A stretch of DNA of 64,000 nucleotides from a virus: positions 27,561 through 91,560 of the IMG/VR virus record IMGVR_UViG_3300023174_000110; one strand, written 5' to 3'. Position 1 is the stretch's first letter. The number at the start of each line of letters is the position of its first letter. Shown here in pieces: positions 19,967 to 31,900 of this stretch. The notes under the pieces were generated by a model. It did not search any database and was not told the origin of the DNA. It saw nothing but the letters and a program-made list of their open reading frames with translations. The translations under genes and the position numbers were made by a program.

Positions 19967-20650
19967 TTAAAAACTTCCGCCGTCCTTATCTAGTGTATCC
20001 GAAACAAATAAATCTGAAGTAGGAGTTTCTATTTCTTTAGCTCTTTCTTCATCAACTTTCTTTCGCTTTGCAGGAGTTAATTGTAAATATTCAATTTTTT
20101 GTGATAATTCAGCAATTGCTTTATCTTTATCAATATTAATTTTCTCAATAATACCATTTTTTTGAATGATAATATTTTGTGAATTAGTAAGTTCAGCTTG
20201 TAATCTATTAACTTGGTCTTTTAAACTTTGTTGATTAACATTTTGTGCTTTAATTTCTTCTAATTCTTTTTGAGTTTTAATCAATTCATTTCTAAACGTA
20301 TCAACGTGTTGAACTTGATGTTTTACATTTTCATATTCATTTTTAAGTTTGTCGGCTTCAGCAATTTGTTCATTTAAACCTCTAATGGTATTTAAATGCT
20401 CTTTAATACTATTTTCTAAATTTTGATACTTTTCTTTGTCAGAAACCTCTTTAGTATTTTGTATAGATTGATTATCTTTTTTTAAAGATTCAATAGTATT
20501 TTGTAAATCTTCAATTGCTTTAGCTTGATCTTCAATTGCTTCTTTACTAATTCTTTCATTTGTTTGTAATGATATGTTTCTAATTAAACAATCATTCATT
20601 GTAGCAATTAAATTTTCAATATAATAATTAACAAACTTTTCATTTCCCAT
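19967..20650 (-). CDS. Coiled-coil protein (227 aa)
   Basis: Heptad-like E/K/Q/L-rich sequence; AGGAG SD; ends in DGGSF. Confidence 0.7.
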   Translation of the reverse strand: MGNEKFVNYYIENLIATMNDCLIRNISLQTNERISKEAIEDQAKAIEDLQNTIESLKKDNQSIQNTKEVSDKEKYQNLENSIKEHLNTIRGLNEQIAEADKLKNEYENVKHQVQHVDTFRNELIKTQKELEEIKAQNVNQQSLKDQVNRLQAELTNSQNIIIQKNGIIEKINIDKDKAIAELSQKIEYLQLTPAKRKKVDEERAKEIETPTSDLFVSDTLDKDGGSF

Positions 20651-20670
20651 TTCAAACTCCTAAATTGTTG

Positions 20671-20688
20671 GGCCACCCGAAGGTGGCC
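20671..20688 (-). promoter_or_regulatory. C(UUCG)G tetraloop hairpin
   Basis: Minus strand GGCCACC-TTCG-GGTGGCC, perfect 7-bp stem, intergenic. Confidence 0.8.
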
Positions 20689-20720
20689 ACATAAAAAATA
20701 ATATAAATTATAAAACTACT

Positions 20721-22697
20721 TTAGAATGTACCACCATCTAAAGCACTAGTCCAAACTGGAACACCAGCATTTGTAACAGTAAGAATTTGATTACTCCATG
20801 TTTGATCAGCGGTACCTGCGGCAGCAGTTACTAATTGACCGTCTGTGGAATTGCCATATATGATACCGTTTGTGGTAAATGTTGAACGACCTGTACCACC
20901 TTGACCAACAGTTAAACCAGAAATTGCCGAGAACGTTGCAGCTGTTAAACGGCCATAAGCATCAACAGTCAATGAAGATATTGTGTTGTTCGAAGCACCA
21001 GAACCTGTTGCTGAGAAGTTTGAATTAGCAAGAGTTTGTAGAGCACCTGTACCATTACCAACAAGAATTGCACCTGTTGTAAATGAACCTTGTCCTGTAC
21101 CACCTCTTGCAACACCTAATGTACCAGAAGTAATTTGTGAAGTAGCAATTGCAATATCTTCAGTTGTAGCAGCTGTTACACGGCCATAAGGATCAACAGT
21201 AAGAGATGTAATTGTTCTTGAAGTACCTAATGTACCACCAGTTAACACATATGTTGTATTTGCCAATGTTGCAACAGTATTACTACCAGTGCCAATAACT
21301 AACTGACCTAATGTTAATGATGTTGTAGATGTTACAGAAGAATTGGCCTTATCAAATGCAGCTTGTGAGTGGTCGTTTAGATTGAGACCATTAGCAATAA
21401 CTTTACCAAAAACACTTAATGTGCCATTGTTAGCAAAGGTTGCTACATAATTATTGTTTGCACGAATGTATACTTCTTTTGTAGTGTCACTTACATTAAC
21501 ATTAGTTTGTTCACCACCCAAATATAGTTCAGCAGTAGAAGCATCAATATTGCCACCAGCACGAACATGGATGTGATTTGGTGCGGTTGGATCAACAACA
21601 ATATATTGGTTACCTGATGCGGCATATGCTTGATTTGGATACAAATTCAATACAGCGCCTGCATTACCATAAAAACCATCAGATACGGCTGTTGTGGCAA
21701 TCAAATTACCTTTAACAAATCTCGCATTAACGTTTGCATGTCTAAAAGATGCATTAGCAACATCAATGCTATTACCAGTCAATTCAGGAGTGTAGTTATC
21801 AAATACGTGGTATTCTTTTGTACCAGCATCACGGAAGAAACCGGTATGTCTGTTTGTAGAACCATCATTGTAATGAGCAGCAAAACCAATATCAACTGCA
21901 TCAGATGTGTTATTTGAAGCTAAGATAATTAATGGATCAACAACATTCAATGTGGATGTGTTAACTGTTGTGTGTGAGCCTTGAACTGTTAAGTTACCAG
22001 AAATTGTAATGTTGCCATCAATAGTCTGACTTGTGATTGCTGTATTGGAACGAACAACTGTATTATCGACATCTAAAGTTACTTGGTCACCAGAAACGTT
22101 ACTTGTTATGCCAGCACCACCAACAACAGTAAGTGTGTCACCGCCAGAAATGGTTGTAGTACCAGAATCACCATTTAAAGTAAATGATGTTGAAATTGAT
22201 TGTGTCGAGATTGCTGTAACACGGCCGTTAGCGGCAACAGTAACAACTGGAATTGCAGTCGAAGAACCGTATGATCCAGCAGATAAACCGGGAATAGCAT
22301 TAAGTGAAGCATTTAGTGTTACGTTACCTGTACCATTAAAACCTACAGCACTAGCAGTAATGTCGCCACCAGAAATAGAAAAATCTCTAGAGTTTTGTAA
22401 TTGCACAGCAGCATTTGCAGTACCTTGAATAGTACCAATAATGTTGGCAGTAATGAAATTAAACGAAGCGTTGCCTGTGGCATCTCGTTTAACCAACGTA
22501 TCTGGAGTGGCAGCATTAGTGGCATTATCAATGGCTTGCGTGTAGTATATACCACCAACGTTGATAGCACCATTACCTGCGGCAGTACCTAAGAATAATG
22601 TGTTTGATTGATACGAGTACGCTAATTCACCAGCAGCGAGCGAACTTGGGCGTCCTGTGCTCGATGAACGTTTAATTAAAATATTTGTATTTGCCAT
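20721..22697 (-). CDS. Tail fibre protein
   Basis: N-terminal IKRS...P..L..GELAY domain; TVD.YGR.TAA and V..GGTG repeats; ends in LDGGTF. Confidence 0.75.
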   Translation of the reverse strand: MANTNILIKRSSSTGRPSSLAAGELAYSYQSNTLFLGTAAGNGAINVGGIYYTQAIDNATNAATPDTLVKRDATGNASFNFITANIIGTIQGTANAAVQLQNSRDFSISGGDITASAVGFNGTGNVTLNASLNAIPGLSAGSYGSSTAIPVVTVAANGRVTAISTQSISTSFTLNGDSGTTTISGGDTLTVVGGAGITSNVSGDQVTLDVDNTVVRSNTAITSQTIDGNITISGNLTVQGSHTTVNTSTLNVVDPLIILASNNTSDAVDIGFAAHYNDGSTNRHTGFFRDAGTKEYHVFDNYTPELTGNSIDVANASFRHANVNARFVKGNLIATTAVSDGFYGNAGAVLNLYPNQAYAASGNQYIVVDPTAPNHIHVRAGGNIDASTAELYLGGEQTNVNVSDTTKEVYIRANNNYVATFANNGTLSVFGKVIANGLNLNDHSQAAFDKANSSVTSTTSLTLGQLVIGTGSNTVATLANTTYVLTGGTLGTSRTITSLTVDPYGRVTAATTEDIAIATSQITSGTLGVARGGTGQGSFTTGAILVGNGTGALQTLANSNFSATGSGASNNTISSLTVDAYGRLTAATFSAISGLTVGQGGTGRSTFTTNGIIYGNSTDGQLVTAAAGTADQTWSNQILTVTNAGVPVWTSALDGGTF

Positions 22698-22739
22698 TTT
22701 TTTTCCTTATTATTAGGCTAATTGTTCCACTACTACTAT

Positions 22740-22976
22740 TTAGAAATTTCCACCGTCTATGGTCGCAACATTAATATTACCATTTGCATCCCTAAGAACT
22801 ACTGTATTTGCTGCATTTTCCGTAGTGGTTAAACCACCAACCGTGATTATTTTACCATTTCTATCACCAATAAAAAATGTATTGGATACAAAAGAATACG
22901 CCAATTCACCATCATCTAGATTGGACGGCCTTGTGTTTGCATATGAACGGAGTATCTGTATGGTTGTATTGGCCAT
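22740..22976 (-). CDS. Minimal fibre adaptor (78 aa)
   Basis: Paralogous to the first ~80 aa of 20721..22697; ends in IDGGNF. Confidence 0.7.
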   Translation of the reverse strand: MANTTIQILRSYANTRPSNLDDGELAYSFVSNTFFIGDRNGKIITVGGLTTTENAANTVVLRDANGNINVATIDGGNF

Positions 22977-23200
22977 CAGAACTCTCCGGCATCCAAACTA
23001 GCAGCTGCTCCAGAAACTGGAGCCAATTTAAATGAATTCGTATCGGCTTCATAAACCACGACATCTCCATCAGCCGCACCCGTTATTGACAGGTCTGTGG
23101 CACTTTTTAATGTTCTGGCACCATAGGTAATCGACCTGACCGCACTGGTTTTCTGAGTATTAACTTGCACATTGACTGTGCCTATTACTTGTCCTGGCAT
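22976..23200 (-). CDS. Small fibre linker (74 aa)
   Basis: L...TD....A.DGDV.VY motif; ends in LDAGEF; TGATG overlap with the next gene. Confidence 0.65.
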   Translation of the reverse strand: MPGQVIGTVNVQVNTQKTSAVRSITYGARTLKSATDLSITGAADGDVVVYEADTNSFKLAPVSGAAASLDAGEF

Positions 23201-23202
23201 TT

Positions 23203-23544
23203 TTAAAACCTAGTTACTTGTGGAAGAACACTAACAGTACCTTCTAGAACTCTAGTGATTGTGTTAGATGAATCTTTAATTGCCACGTCATATACATATC
23301 TGCCTGCTGCAATATTTGCTGTCGTATTTGCAGCCAGATTTAAAATAATACCACCTTCTGTTGGAGTAGGAATGGTTACAATAAAAGTGGCTGTAGCATT
23401 AGCAGAATAATAAGACCTTCTTATCTGTCCTTTAGCCTGCATGCCAGTCAAATCATAAGCCACACCATCAACATCATCTAAAGTGATAGTTGTTGAAAAG
23501 GTTGTACCTTGTTCTAAAAATAAATCTTGGTAACCGGCCGGCAT
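23203..23544 (-). CDS. Ig-like/BppU-N-like fibre attachment protein
   Basis: L..EQGTTF, DLTG..A..QIR, GRYVYDV...R.LEG pattern. Confidence 0.6.
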   Translation of the reverse strand: MPAGYQDLFLEQGTTFSTTITLDDVDGVAYDLTGMQAKGQIRRSYYSANATATFIVTIPTPTEGGIILNLAANTTANIAAGRYVYDVAIKDSSNTITRVLEGTVSVLPQVTRF

Positions 23545-23559
23545 TCTTTATCCTATTGG

Positions 23560-23566
23560 TATTTAG
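23560..23566 (-). promoter_or_regulatory. Late promoter variant CTAAATA
   Basis: Intergenic, upstream of the start at 23544. Confidence 0.6.
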
Positions 23567-23574
23567 TTTTAATT

Positions 23575-25776
23575 TTATTTGGATTTTAACAAATCCATTT
23601 CAGCTTTTAATTCTTTTATGGCCTCTATTAGTAAAGGAACCATTCTTTCATAACGTACTGTCATATACTGTGGATCAATAGGTGCCGGTGCAACAACCTC
23701 AGGCATAACCCTTTGAACATCTTGGGCTGAAATACCAACCTCACGAACAGGAGTATAACCTAACGATTGAGCGGTCTCATTGGCTTCATGGTAGAAACCA
23801 GTTAAAGACATTACTTTATCTAAAGCATTTTCAATGGTACCCAAACGTGTTTTTAATCTGTCGTCTGAATAATAAGCAGTGATGTTATTAGTTGCTCGAA
23901 TTTCACCTGCAGTACCAGATGCGGCTGTGCCAACACCAAGAGAATTAAATCTTGTATTATCACCCGTACCAACACTTTGATTAATTGTAAATCCAGTTAC
24001 GCCTGCGGCTGTTCCTGGTATGGCACCACTAATTTGAGAACCAGGTATTGAACCTGTTACTTTCGTTGAAGCTAACGATGTAATAAATGCAGGATTAGCA
24101 TAAGAACCATTTGTATATACACCATTGGTAACTGTGCCAGCATTACCGGATATACTAATATTTTTGGTGGTTGTAGAATTTAATACCGAATCTATTGATG
24201 AATTAACAAAAGCAGTAGTTGCAATTTGTGTTGTGTTTGTATTGGTCGTGGCAGTTGGTGCTGCAGGAGTTCCTGTCAATGTCGGACTAGCAATAGTTGC
24301 TTTTCTTGTTTCAAGGTCTTGTATTGCTAATTGAATGGTGTTCTGAGTAATACCACCAAATGGTGTAAATGTTAAGTTATTAGCAAAAAATGGTCCACGA
24401 GTTGTCCAATATATTGTGTTGGCGTTAGCGGCCAATACAGATCCATTTGCTACGCCAATTGTAGATGGTAATAAGTTAATTAAGCCTTGAACTTTTTCAG
24501 ATGCACCTATGCCACCGTTTTCTACTGAAAGTGGATTACCTAAACTGTAAATACTGTTAAATGTTGGATTGGATAAGGTGGTTAACTCTTGTGGAGTATT
24601 TACAAATAATGTATTTCCTGTTGCCGAAATTACAACACCATTATTACTATTAAACGACATTCTTCCGTTAGTGGCCACAGCCGAAACACCGGTTGTACCA
24701 GTAAATACATTTGATGATGTATTTGCACGAGCAAATGCCGTATGTGAATATTGATTGGCGGCCGCCAAAGTGGTTGTTAAAGTATTTACATTTGATGTAA
24801 ACGTATTTGTATTTGCTCGCACTTGTGTTTGTAAATCAAACACAGCTGTTGATGTTGCCACGTTTAAAGAATTATTCAACATTGTTGAATCACTTAAATG
24901 CATATTGGTCAATACTCTAAAGTGTTGACCGTTTTGAACGTCAAGTGTTTCCCAATATTTTAATGATTCATTCCATCTAAAAGAAGCATTTGCACCACTA
25001 ATACCTCGATCAACACCTAGAGTACTTGTTTGTCCTGCACCAGCACCAGCATTCAATACAAAAGTGTTGGAAGAATAAATGGTTGGCGCACTAACTACAA
25101 AATTTCCAGAAACGGTCATTGATCCGGCAATAAAACTATCAAATGTTCCAACTCTACCAAAGAAATCTCTACCACGAACATCAGTGGTTACATTTAAATC
25201 AGAAATAACGTTGGTGGTTACGTTTAGATATGGCGTTGTTATTTGGTTATTGGCAGTAATGTCCTCAAAAGTACCTCTTGTTGTAGCAGTAATATATGGT
25301 GCCGATACACCAGAATTAGCTCTTAAATTATTAACCCAAGCTGAACCTGTGGTGTTTAATGTTGAAGCTAAAACCACATTATTGCTTGTTAAATTATTAA
25401 CTCGTGCAATATCTGTAATATTAAGAGTTGATGACCTTACTAATGTGTTAGCTGTAATATTATCAGTAACTATTTGTTTGTGTATAATTGCATTGTTTGC
25501 AACTTGTAATGTGAAACCAGGAGCATCCAAATAAACGTTGGCCAACAGAGTTGAATCACCACCAACCGATAAGGTTGTGGAAACAACTGCGGCACCAAGA
25601 GCTGCTGTGTTTGTTACGGATAAACCTGTACCAATACCACTAACATATAATGTTCCACTATCCTTTGTGTAATTATTGGCACCAAGATTGTTTAATTCTT
25701 TCGCAATAATATTTTGTTGGGCCAGAAGGTCACCAAAGGTATTTGTGAAGTTTAAAACTGATACGGTATTAGCCAT
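23575..25776 (-). CDS. Tail fibre with C-terminal intramolecular chaperone (peptidase S74)
   Basis: YSDDRLKT cleavage motif, G.SAQDVQ.V.PEVV, Y..MVPLLIEAIKEL; SPTLTGTP.APT...TQIATTAFV fibre motif. Confidence 0.85.
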   Translation of the reverse strand: MANTVSVLNFTNTFGDLLAQQNIIAKELNNLGANNYTKDSGTLYVSGIGTGLSVTNTAALGAAVVSTTLSVGGDSTLLANVYLDAPGFTLQVANNAIIHKQIVTDNITANTLVRSSTLNITDIARVNNLTSNNVVLASTLNTTGSAWVNNLRANSGVSAPYITATTRGTFEDITANNQITTPYLNVTTNVISDLNVTTDVRGRDFFGRVGTFDSFIAGSMTVSGNFVVSAPTIYSSNTFVLNAGAGAGQTSTLGVDRGISGANASFRWNESLKYWETLDVQNGQHFRVLTNMHLSDSTMLNNSLNVATSTAVFDLQTQVRANTNTFTSNVNTLTTTLAAANQYSHTAFARANTSSNVFTGTTGVSAVATNGRMSFNSNNGVVISATGNTLFVNTPQELTTLSNPTFNSIYSLGNPLSVENGGIGASEKVQGLINLLPSTIGVANGSVLAANANTIYWTTRGPFFANNLTFTPFGGITQNTIQLAIQDLETRKATIASPTLTGTPAAPTATTNTNTTQIATTAFVNSSIDSVLNSTTTKNISISGNAGTVTNGVYTNGSYANPAFITSLASTKVTGSIPGSQISGAIPGTAAGVTGFTINQSVGTGDNTRFNSLGVGTAASGTAGEIRATNNITAYYSDDRLKTRLGTIENALDKVMSLTGFYHEANETAQSLGYTPVREVGISAQDVQRVMPEVVAPAPIDPQYMTVRYERMVPLLIEAIKELKAEMDLLKSK

Positions 25777-25778
25777 TA

Positions 25779-25997
25779 TTATTTCCTGGAGGATAACTGA
25801 ATCAACATATTTTTGATGATTTTAATATCATCTCTTACTTCATTGATTTCATTTTTAATTTTATTTATTTCTTCTTTTTGGCTTCCCATTAATTCTTTTT
25901 TAAAGTTGTAATCATCCAAACCAGCTGTATCTTGGTTGATTAAAGCCATTGTTTTAGTATCTCTTACAAATGTTGTACCAGTTACTTTAACTAACAT
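25779..25997 (-). CDS. Small coiled-coil protein (72 aa)
   Basis: Probable start MLVKV at 25997, 1 nt after the upstream stop; V.G..FVRD....ALIN motif. Confidence 0.7.
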   Translation of the reverse strand: MLVKVTGTTFVRDTKTMALINQDTAGLDDYNFKKELMGSQKEEINKIKNEINEVRDDIKIIKNMLIQLSSRK

Positions 25998-25998
25998 A

Positions 25999-28900
25999 TT
26001 AAACCGCCGATGGTAAAGCGATAGCACGAATGTCCGAAAGGTACGGAACAAAAGTGTTATCTGATGTTGATAAAACAACTTTAATAGCGAATTGGCTAAA
26101 GTTGTTATACGTTTGATTTGTTACATCACTAGTATATGAAACATAATTTTGTGCTTTGCCAAATGATCCTGGTGCGGCAACAAACTCATATGTATCATCT
26201 CGTGTTTGGGAATATAATGAATCACTATTGTTAATTAGTGTCATCAATTGCCATGTACCTTCTTCAAATTTCTGTGTATCACTTCTAGAAAGTATTTTAT
26301 AATATACGTATATATTTGTATTGACCGGACGATAAGCAGTAAAGTAAACTCTTAGATCGCCAGAATCAAAACCTTGGTTCAACACAACCTTCTTAGTAAA
26401 ATATCTGGCCAATGCATTGCCACCAGATTTAGAAGTTTCACCAGCAAGAATAACGGAGGCATTTGAATTGCCAGAACGAGTACTATTATCCGTTATTGTT
26501 ATTGTGGGAGTAGTTATATAACCTGAACCAGCATTAGTAATGTAAACACTATCAATAACACCGCCAACAACGTTGGCCATCGCAGTTGCGCCGGTACCAT
26601 AACCATCAGTAGAGTTCACGGTTACGGAAACTGTTTGTGCATTGTATCCTGTTCCACCAGAAACAACTGTTATAATGTTGTTTGATAATCCAAGATTATT
26701 AATGCTCCATGTTATAGAATATACACTTAATCCATCATCAGAAATTACAGGAGAAACAGCATCATTTACAGAAGTCATTGTTGCAAATAGAGAGAATGAC
26801 GTATTTGAATTTGCATTTAATACACGTTGTCCCAAACCATCATTCAAATAAATGTCATCATAAGTTGGTGTACCAAATTTACCAGGAGTTACACTTACAG
26901 TAGGTGCACCTGCATATGATGATTTTACTGTTGATGCATATTGGTAACCCACAGAAGTTGTACCTGGTATAAAATCTGTTGTTGAAATATTAAAAGCATC
27001 GACAGAAACATCCGTGTTCTCAAAAGATGTTATTGTATTTGAAATAGAATTTGCATTTAAATAATATTCTATTTCTTGACCAACAATTTTTCTACTAGGT
27101 AATTTATTAGGTACAACAAATTGTATTTGTGGTTGTGAACCAACATCAAATACACATCTTTCAACAACAAACATCATAGATTCATTTTGATCTGCTGTCC
27201 ATGTTTGAGAATTTTGTGATACAAATAATGAACCAACATACGGCGCAGAGTTAATTTTTGTTGTTGTAGCTGGTGTAGGATCAGTTGGCAAATTTTTAAC
27301 TGATGAAGAAATTGCTGTATCACCGTTTTGTGCGGTATAAATTGTATACTCGTTAGATGTAGGACATTTTAATATAAATGCATACAATTTATTTGGTTCC
27401 AAATAAACTGGTGTTGGGAATTTAAATACTGTATATGTATTAGGATTTAAATAGTGTGGATCATTGGATGTTTTTATGTGTTCGGCTGTTAAAGTTACTT
27501 GTGAATGATCCAAAGTTTCTCCACCAGGATATCCATTGACTGTACCTACAATTGATATTGTTACAGGTGCATATCCAGTAGAAGGCTTGGTGGCAAAGAA
27601 AACTTTAATTGAATCTAAAAAACAACCGTTTGGATAATTATCTTTATCGATAATAAATGTTTGAGCTACTGGATCCCACACAGTTGTGTAATTATAACTA
27701 CTTACATTTGTTTTGGTTTGTGTTTGTGTAAATGTATTTTTTGCTGAATCAATTGAAGAAGCATAATTTACACCTTGTTTTGTTGTTTGTAAACCAGAAG
27801 CATGGAATGTAGCTTCAGAGAATGTTGTTTCTGAACCTATATTACCAGCAATTCGATTATCTACTCTGAAAGTTCTTTGGCCTGTTTTGAAAGTAGCACC
27901 AGGCAAAGCAAAAATACCAGATAACATACCAACTTCATTGGTTGTTAGTTTTCCAATAGAGTAGATGTCATTTGCAGCTGCACCAACTCCTGTTGTTAAA
28001 GTTGCTGTTTTTGTGGTCGTGTTGTACGCACTAATTACAGAAGATCGTCCTGCACCAGAACCACTAATAACATACAATGTTTGACCGGTATAAATGTCGG
28101 TGTTTGATGACGCAACAGACAACTGAATCGATGTTGTTGAGTTTGCACTTCTTAATCTTCCTGATACACCGGTATATGAAACAATTCTACCACTAGCAGT
28201 AGATGATTGATATTGTCCAGATGTATTAAATTTGGCATTCTGCAGTGTTACGCCAGAATTAAATGTAATTCCTTCTAAAGTTACAACATACAAACGAACA
28301 TTTGAGTTTTGTGGATTAACATAATAAGAAACAATTTTGGCATAAGGTGTAAAGTTACCACCAGCAAATAAACCAATAACATCTCCATCAGCAAATGATC
28401 CACTAACATTTGTTAATTCTATAATATTTGGTTTACGAATATATTTGTCAACTAAAACACCATCAAAATATGCACTTACATCGGTGTTAACCAACATACC
28501 ATAAGTATTGAACTGTAAAAATTGTTGGCGAATATATGGTAAAATACTGACATCGGTAATGTATCCAGATGTTTCGAGGTAACTGGAACTTAACTTATCA
28601 TATTTACCTAATACAGTTTTTTGTTGTTGCTCTGTGTAGGTTGTAACCTGATTTACTCTCCAGTTTCTTCCGGCAGCAATTACATTATCTGTGGTGGTGG
28701 CTACTGTTGTTTTCCAATCACCAACTTGCAACACATTAACTTGATCACTTGCACGATATACTTGTAGATTTGGATCAACAATTAATAAATCAGGAGCTTT
28801 TTCGGTATCAACCCAATTGTCCATTGGAGGAGTTAAATCCATTACACCCGAATTCAATGATACAGCAAATGGATTTAAATTAACTGTACGAGAAGCAATC

Positions 28901-31900
28901 TGTTGAGTAATAACATTGGATGTTGTATAAGATAACGTAAAGAAATTGGATTTTCCAGCAGTAGTAATTTTGTAACCTAAATTATTTGCACTGGTGGAAT
29001 CTAATTGACCCATATTGTATATCAATGATAGTGATTGTAATGGGAAATTTTTAACCACTTGCGCTGCTGTCATTTGTTTTGTTCTGCGGTTAACGGAAAC
29101 CAAATAATCATTATTGGAAATATCAGATGCAGCATAACTAGAAAAATCATCTACTAATATACCATTTTTAAATCGGTTTAAACCATTACCATCAGCAATT
29201 TGTAATGAAGCAGCACCTTTTTCCAAAGTGTTTAGAGCCGTATAGTATTCAATATTATTAACTCTGCTCTCCAAATCGGAGATATCTCTCATTTGCCAGC
29301 GTTTATGTTTTACTCTTTCAATTGAAAGATTTGGTAATTCTCCTGTTGCTTCACCTGGAATGTAAGCTGTGTATGGATCATGAGTTAAGTTTGCAATAAC
29401 GAGTGCACCATCTGGTTCACCAGGCGAAATTGGATTGGATGAAGGAGTGCCTTGGATAATTTCAAAAGACCTATCTTTACTTAAAATAAGTTTATCTTTT
29501 CTACTCAAGTAATAACCATAATTGGATTCAAATATTGAAAGATCGACAGGTATGTAAGCACCTGAGGCACCTGATCCAGATGCACTCGCTCTAATTGTAA
29601 AATTAGGTTGAGCATTAATTAAAGATGGCCTAAAGTCCAAACAATCTCTTAATTGATATGGATTGCCAGTTGAACTTGTGTAAGATGGAATTTCAGCATA
29701 ATTTTCAGGCGAAGAAGAAATTGGTGCCAAGTAGGACATTACACTATAATATCCATCACCACCAGTTGTTGCATAGTAATCTAAAACCACAAGTAAATTA
29801 CCTTTAATTGCAGGCTGACCTACACCTAAAGTAATTGTGGCAAAATCATAATGAGAATCTCTTTGGCCATTATCAAACGTAAATCTATTGGTAATATCAT
29901 AAGAAGGATCGGACAACATTGCAGCTGTTGGGAATGTTGCTTGAGATTTTGTGTCAATGATTTTTACAATTCGTTTTACATCCGTAATGTATAATTTTTG
30001 TGGAGATCCTGGATTAACCAAACCTTGCCAAGTAATATACACTTGACCTTGTGTTGTGTCAACATAACTGTAACTGTTGACAGTTGTTCCAGAAAGATTA
30101 ACGCCGGTTGTATTACCTGTTACTAAATTTTTAGCTTTAATAATATAACTTGTATCGTTGCCGGCTTTAACATACGTTTTAGCAATAATTGTTCCAGTAA
30201 ATGCAGTTAAGTCACTAGTTGGTGTTGTAAATGTGGCCGTAGAACCTGCACCAGTAATCGAACACGTTCTAGATAAAATGTTCCAAGGAAGTGTTTGACC
30301 AGCCCTTAAACCTGCATTTGAACCAGGATTTGTTACAATGATTTGAAAGTTTTGTGAAACGGCATCGGCTGATAATGATCCTGATCCTAAAAAAGAAAGA
30401 GTAGAAACAGGTGCAGAACCAAAAGTTAATGTTGCAACAATGTTTCCACCAGAAATACCAAACGCAACGTTTCTAAACACCTGTGTTGTTAAGTATGAAG
30501 TGTTGTTTGCATAACTTACATATTGATTACCTAAGTTAAACAATAACTCAGGTGCATTTGGATTTTGAAGAACGGTGTCAGCAAGAACATCATTTGTTTT
30601 TTTGCTTGATGTATCAATTGTTGCATTTGCTGTAACAGTATATGGCGTTCCTGCTGTTGCTTTAATGATAGTTTCTATATCAGTTACATCAAACCTTAAT
30701 GTAAATTGAGAAGAAGTGGTTGGTGCAACCGTAAAAGGTCTATCAACGTAAGCGATTTTGCTAGCGGCATCATATCTAGTAATTACACGAAAATCTCCAG
30801 CAGAAGTACCTTTATCAATACTCACAGTTACATTGTAGTAAGCATTTGCTACATTTGAAAATTGATTTGTGCTTGGTAATGTTATGTAAGAATTGTTTGC
30901 TGAACCGGCGGCCACATTAGCTGTTAAGGTTTGGTTTTGAATTCCAAAAACATATGCTTTATAAATGTAAGCTGATCCATTTGCTGTGTTGGATGTACTG
31001 GAGTAAACCATATTCCTAATATATCCTGTGGCTGCTTTAGTTGAGTTGTATGAATTTTCATTTGTCAAAGAGATGCTTGTTTTATCTACCGTGTGAAAAT
31101 CAACAGAAGGTAAAGTAGTTACATCAAATACACCATTGGATGAATTGACAAAGAAATAATTTCCATAATCAATAAATGTTGGATTATTTAATACACTATC
31201 TTGAGTTCTTGCTCGGTCGTTTGTTAATGATACAGGACTTTGATTCTCCAACCTATAACCACGGACATAAGAAACACCTTTTGAAATTCCAATATCATAT
31301 TTACTGGAATTAATAGTGTTTGCTTTAGGAGTTAAAGTATAATCACTAACAATAAAGTCACCATTAGTATCATTTGTTCTTTTGGCAAAATAATCGTCAA
31401 TAACAGAGTATACGGTTCCATCAACTTGTTTTTGTATTGTTCCTTCTGAAAGGCGAACCAATTCAATAAAATTGTCATCGTCACCTAATGTTAGAGGCCG
31501 AGTTTCTAACGATAAACTAATTAAATACCGGTCGGCTCCAGGAGCTTGGTAGTTTGTAGCACCTAATGCTGGATCCAGCAAAGTGGTGTCATCATTAGAA
31601 TCTATAATTGTTTCTGTTGCATTTAAACCTACTCTTAAAGAAGGATTTTCGTTGTATTTGGAAAGAATAACCGTATCTTCAGAAGCAGTTACAAAATTAC
31701 CTTTAACATAAAAAATACCTCTCGATATAGAAGCAATGGATCCTTTTCCTGTAGCCTCATTACCAACAGATGAAGTAATAATAGTTGCAATATAGTTTGA
31801 TCCATTTAAATAGATTGTGTCACCACTACCAAATTTATTACCGGTAATGTACGTTACCATTAACGTTGGTGGATCACCGTCAACTCCAATAGAAGTTGAT

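Noticed and set aside
25998-26078. 99-aa version of the small ORF
   Set aside because: The extension overlaps the upstream gene; ATG at 25997 fits better.
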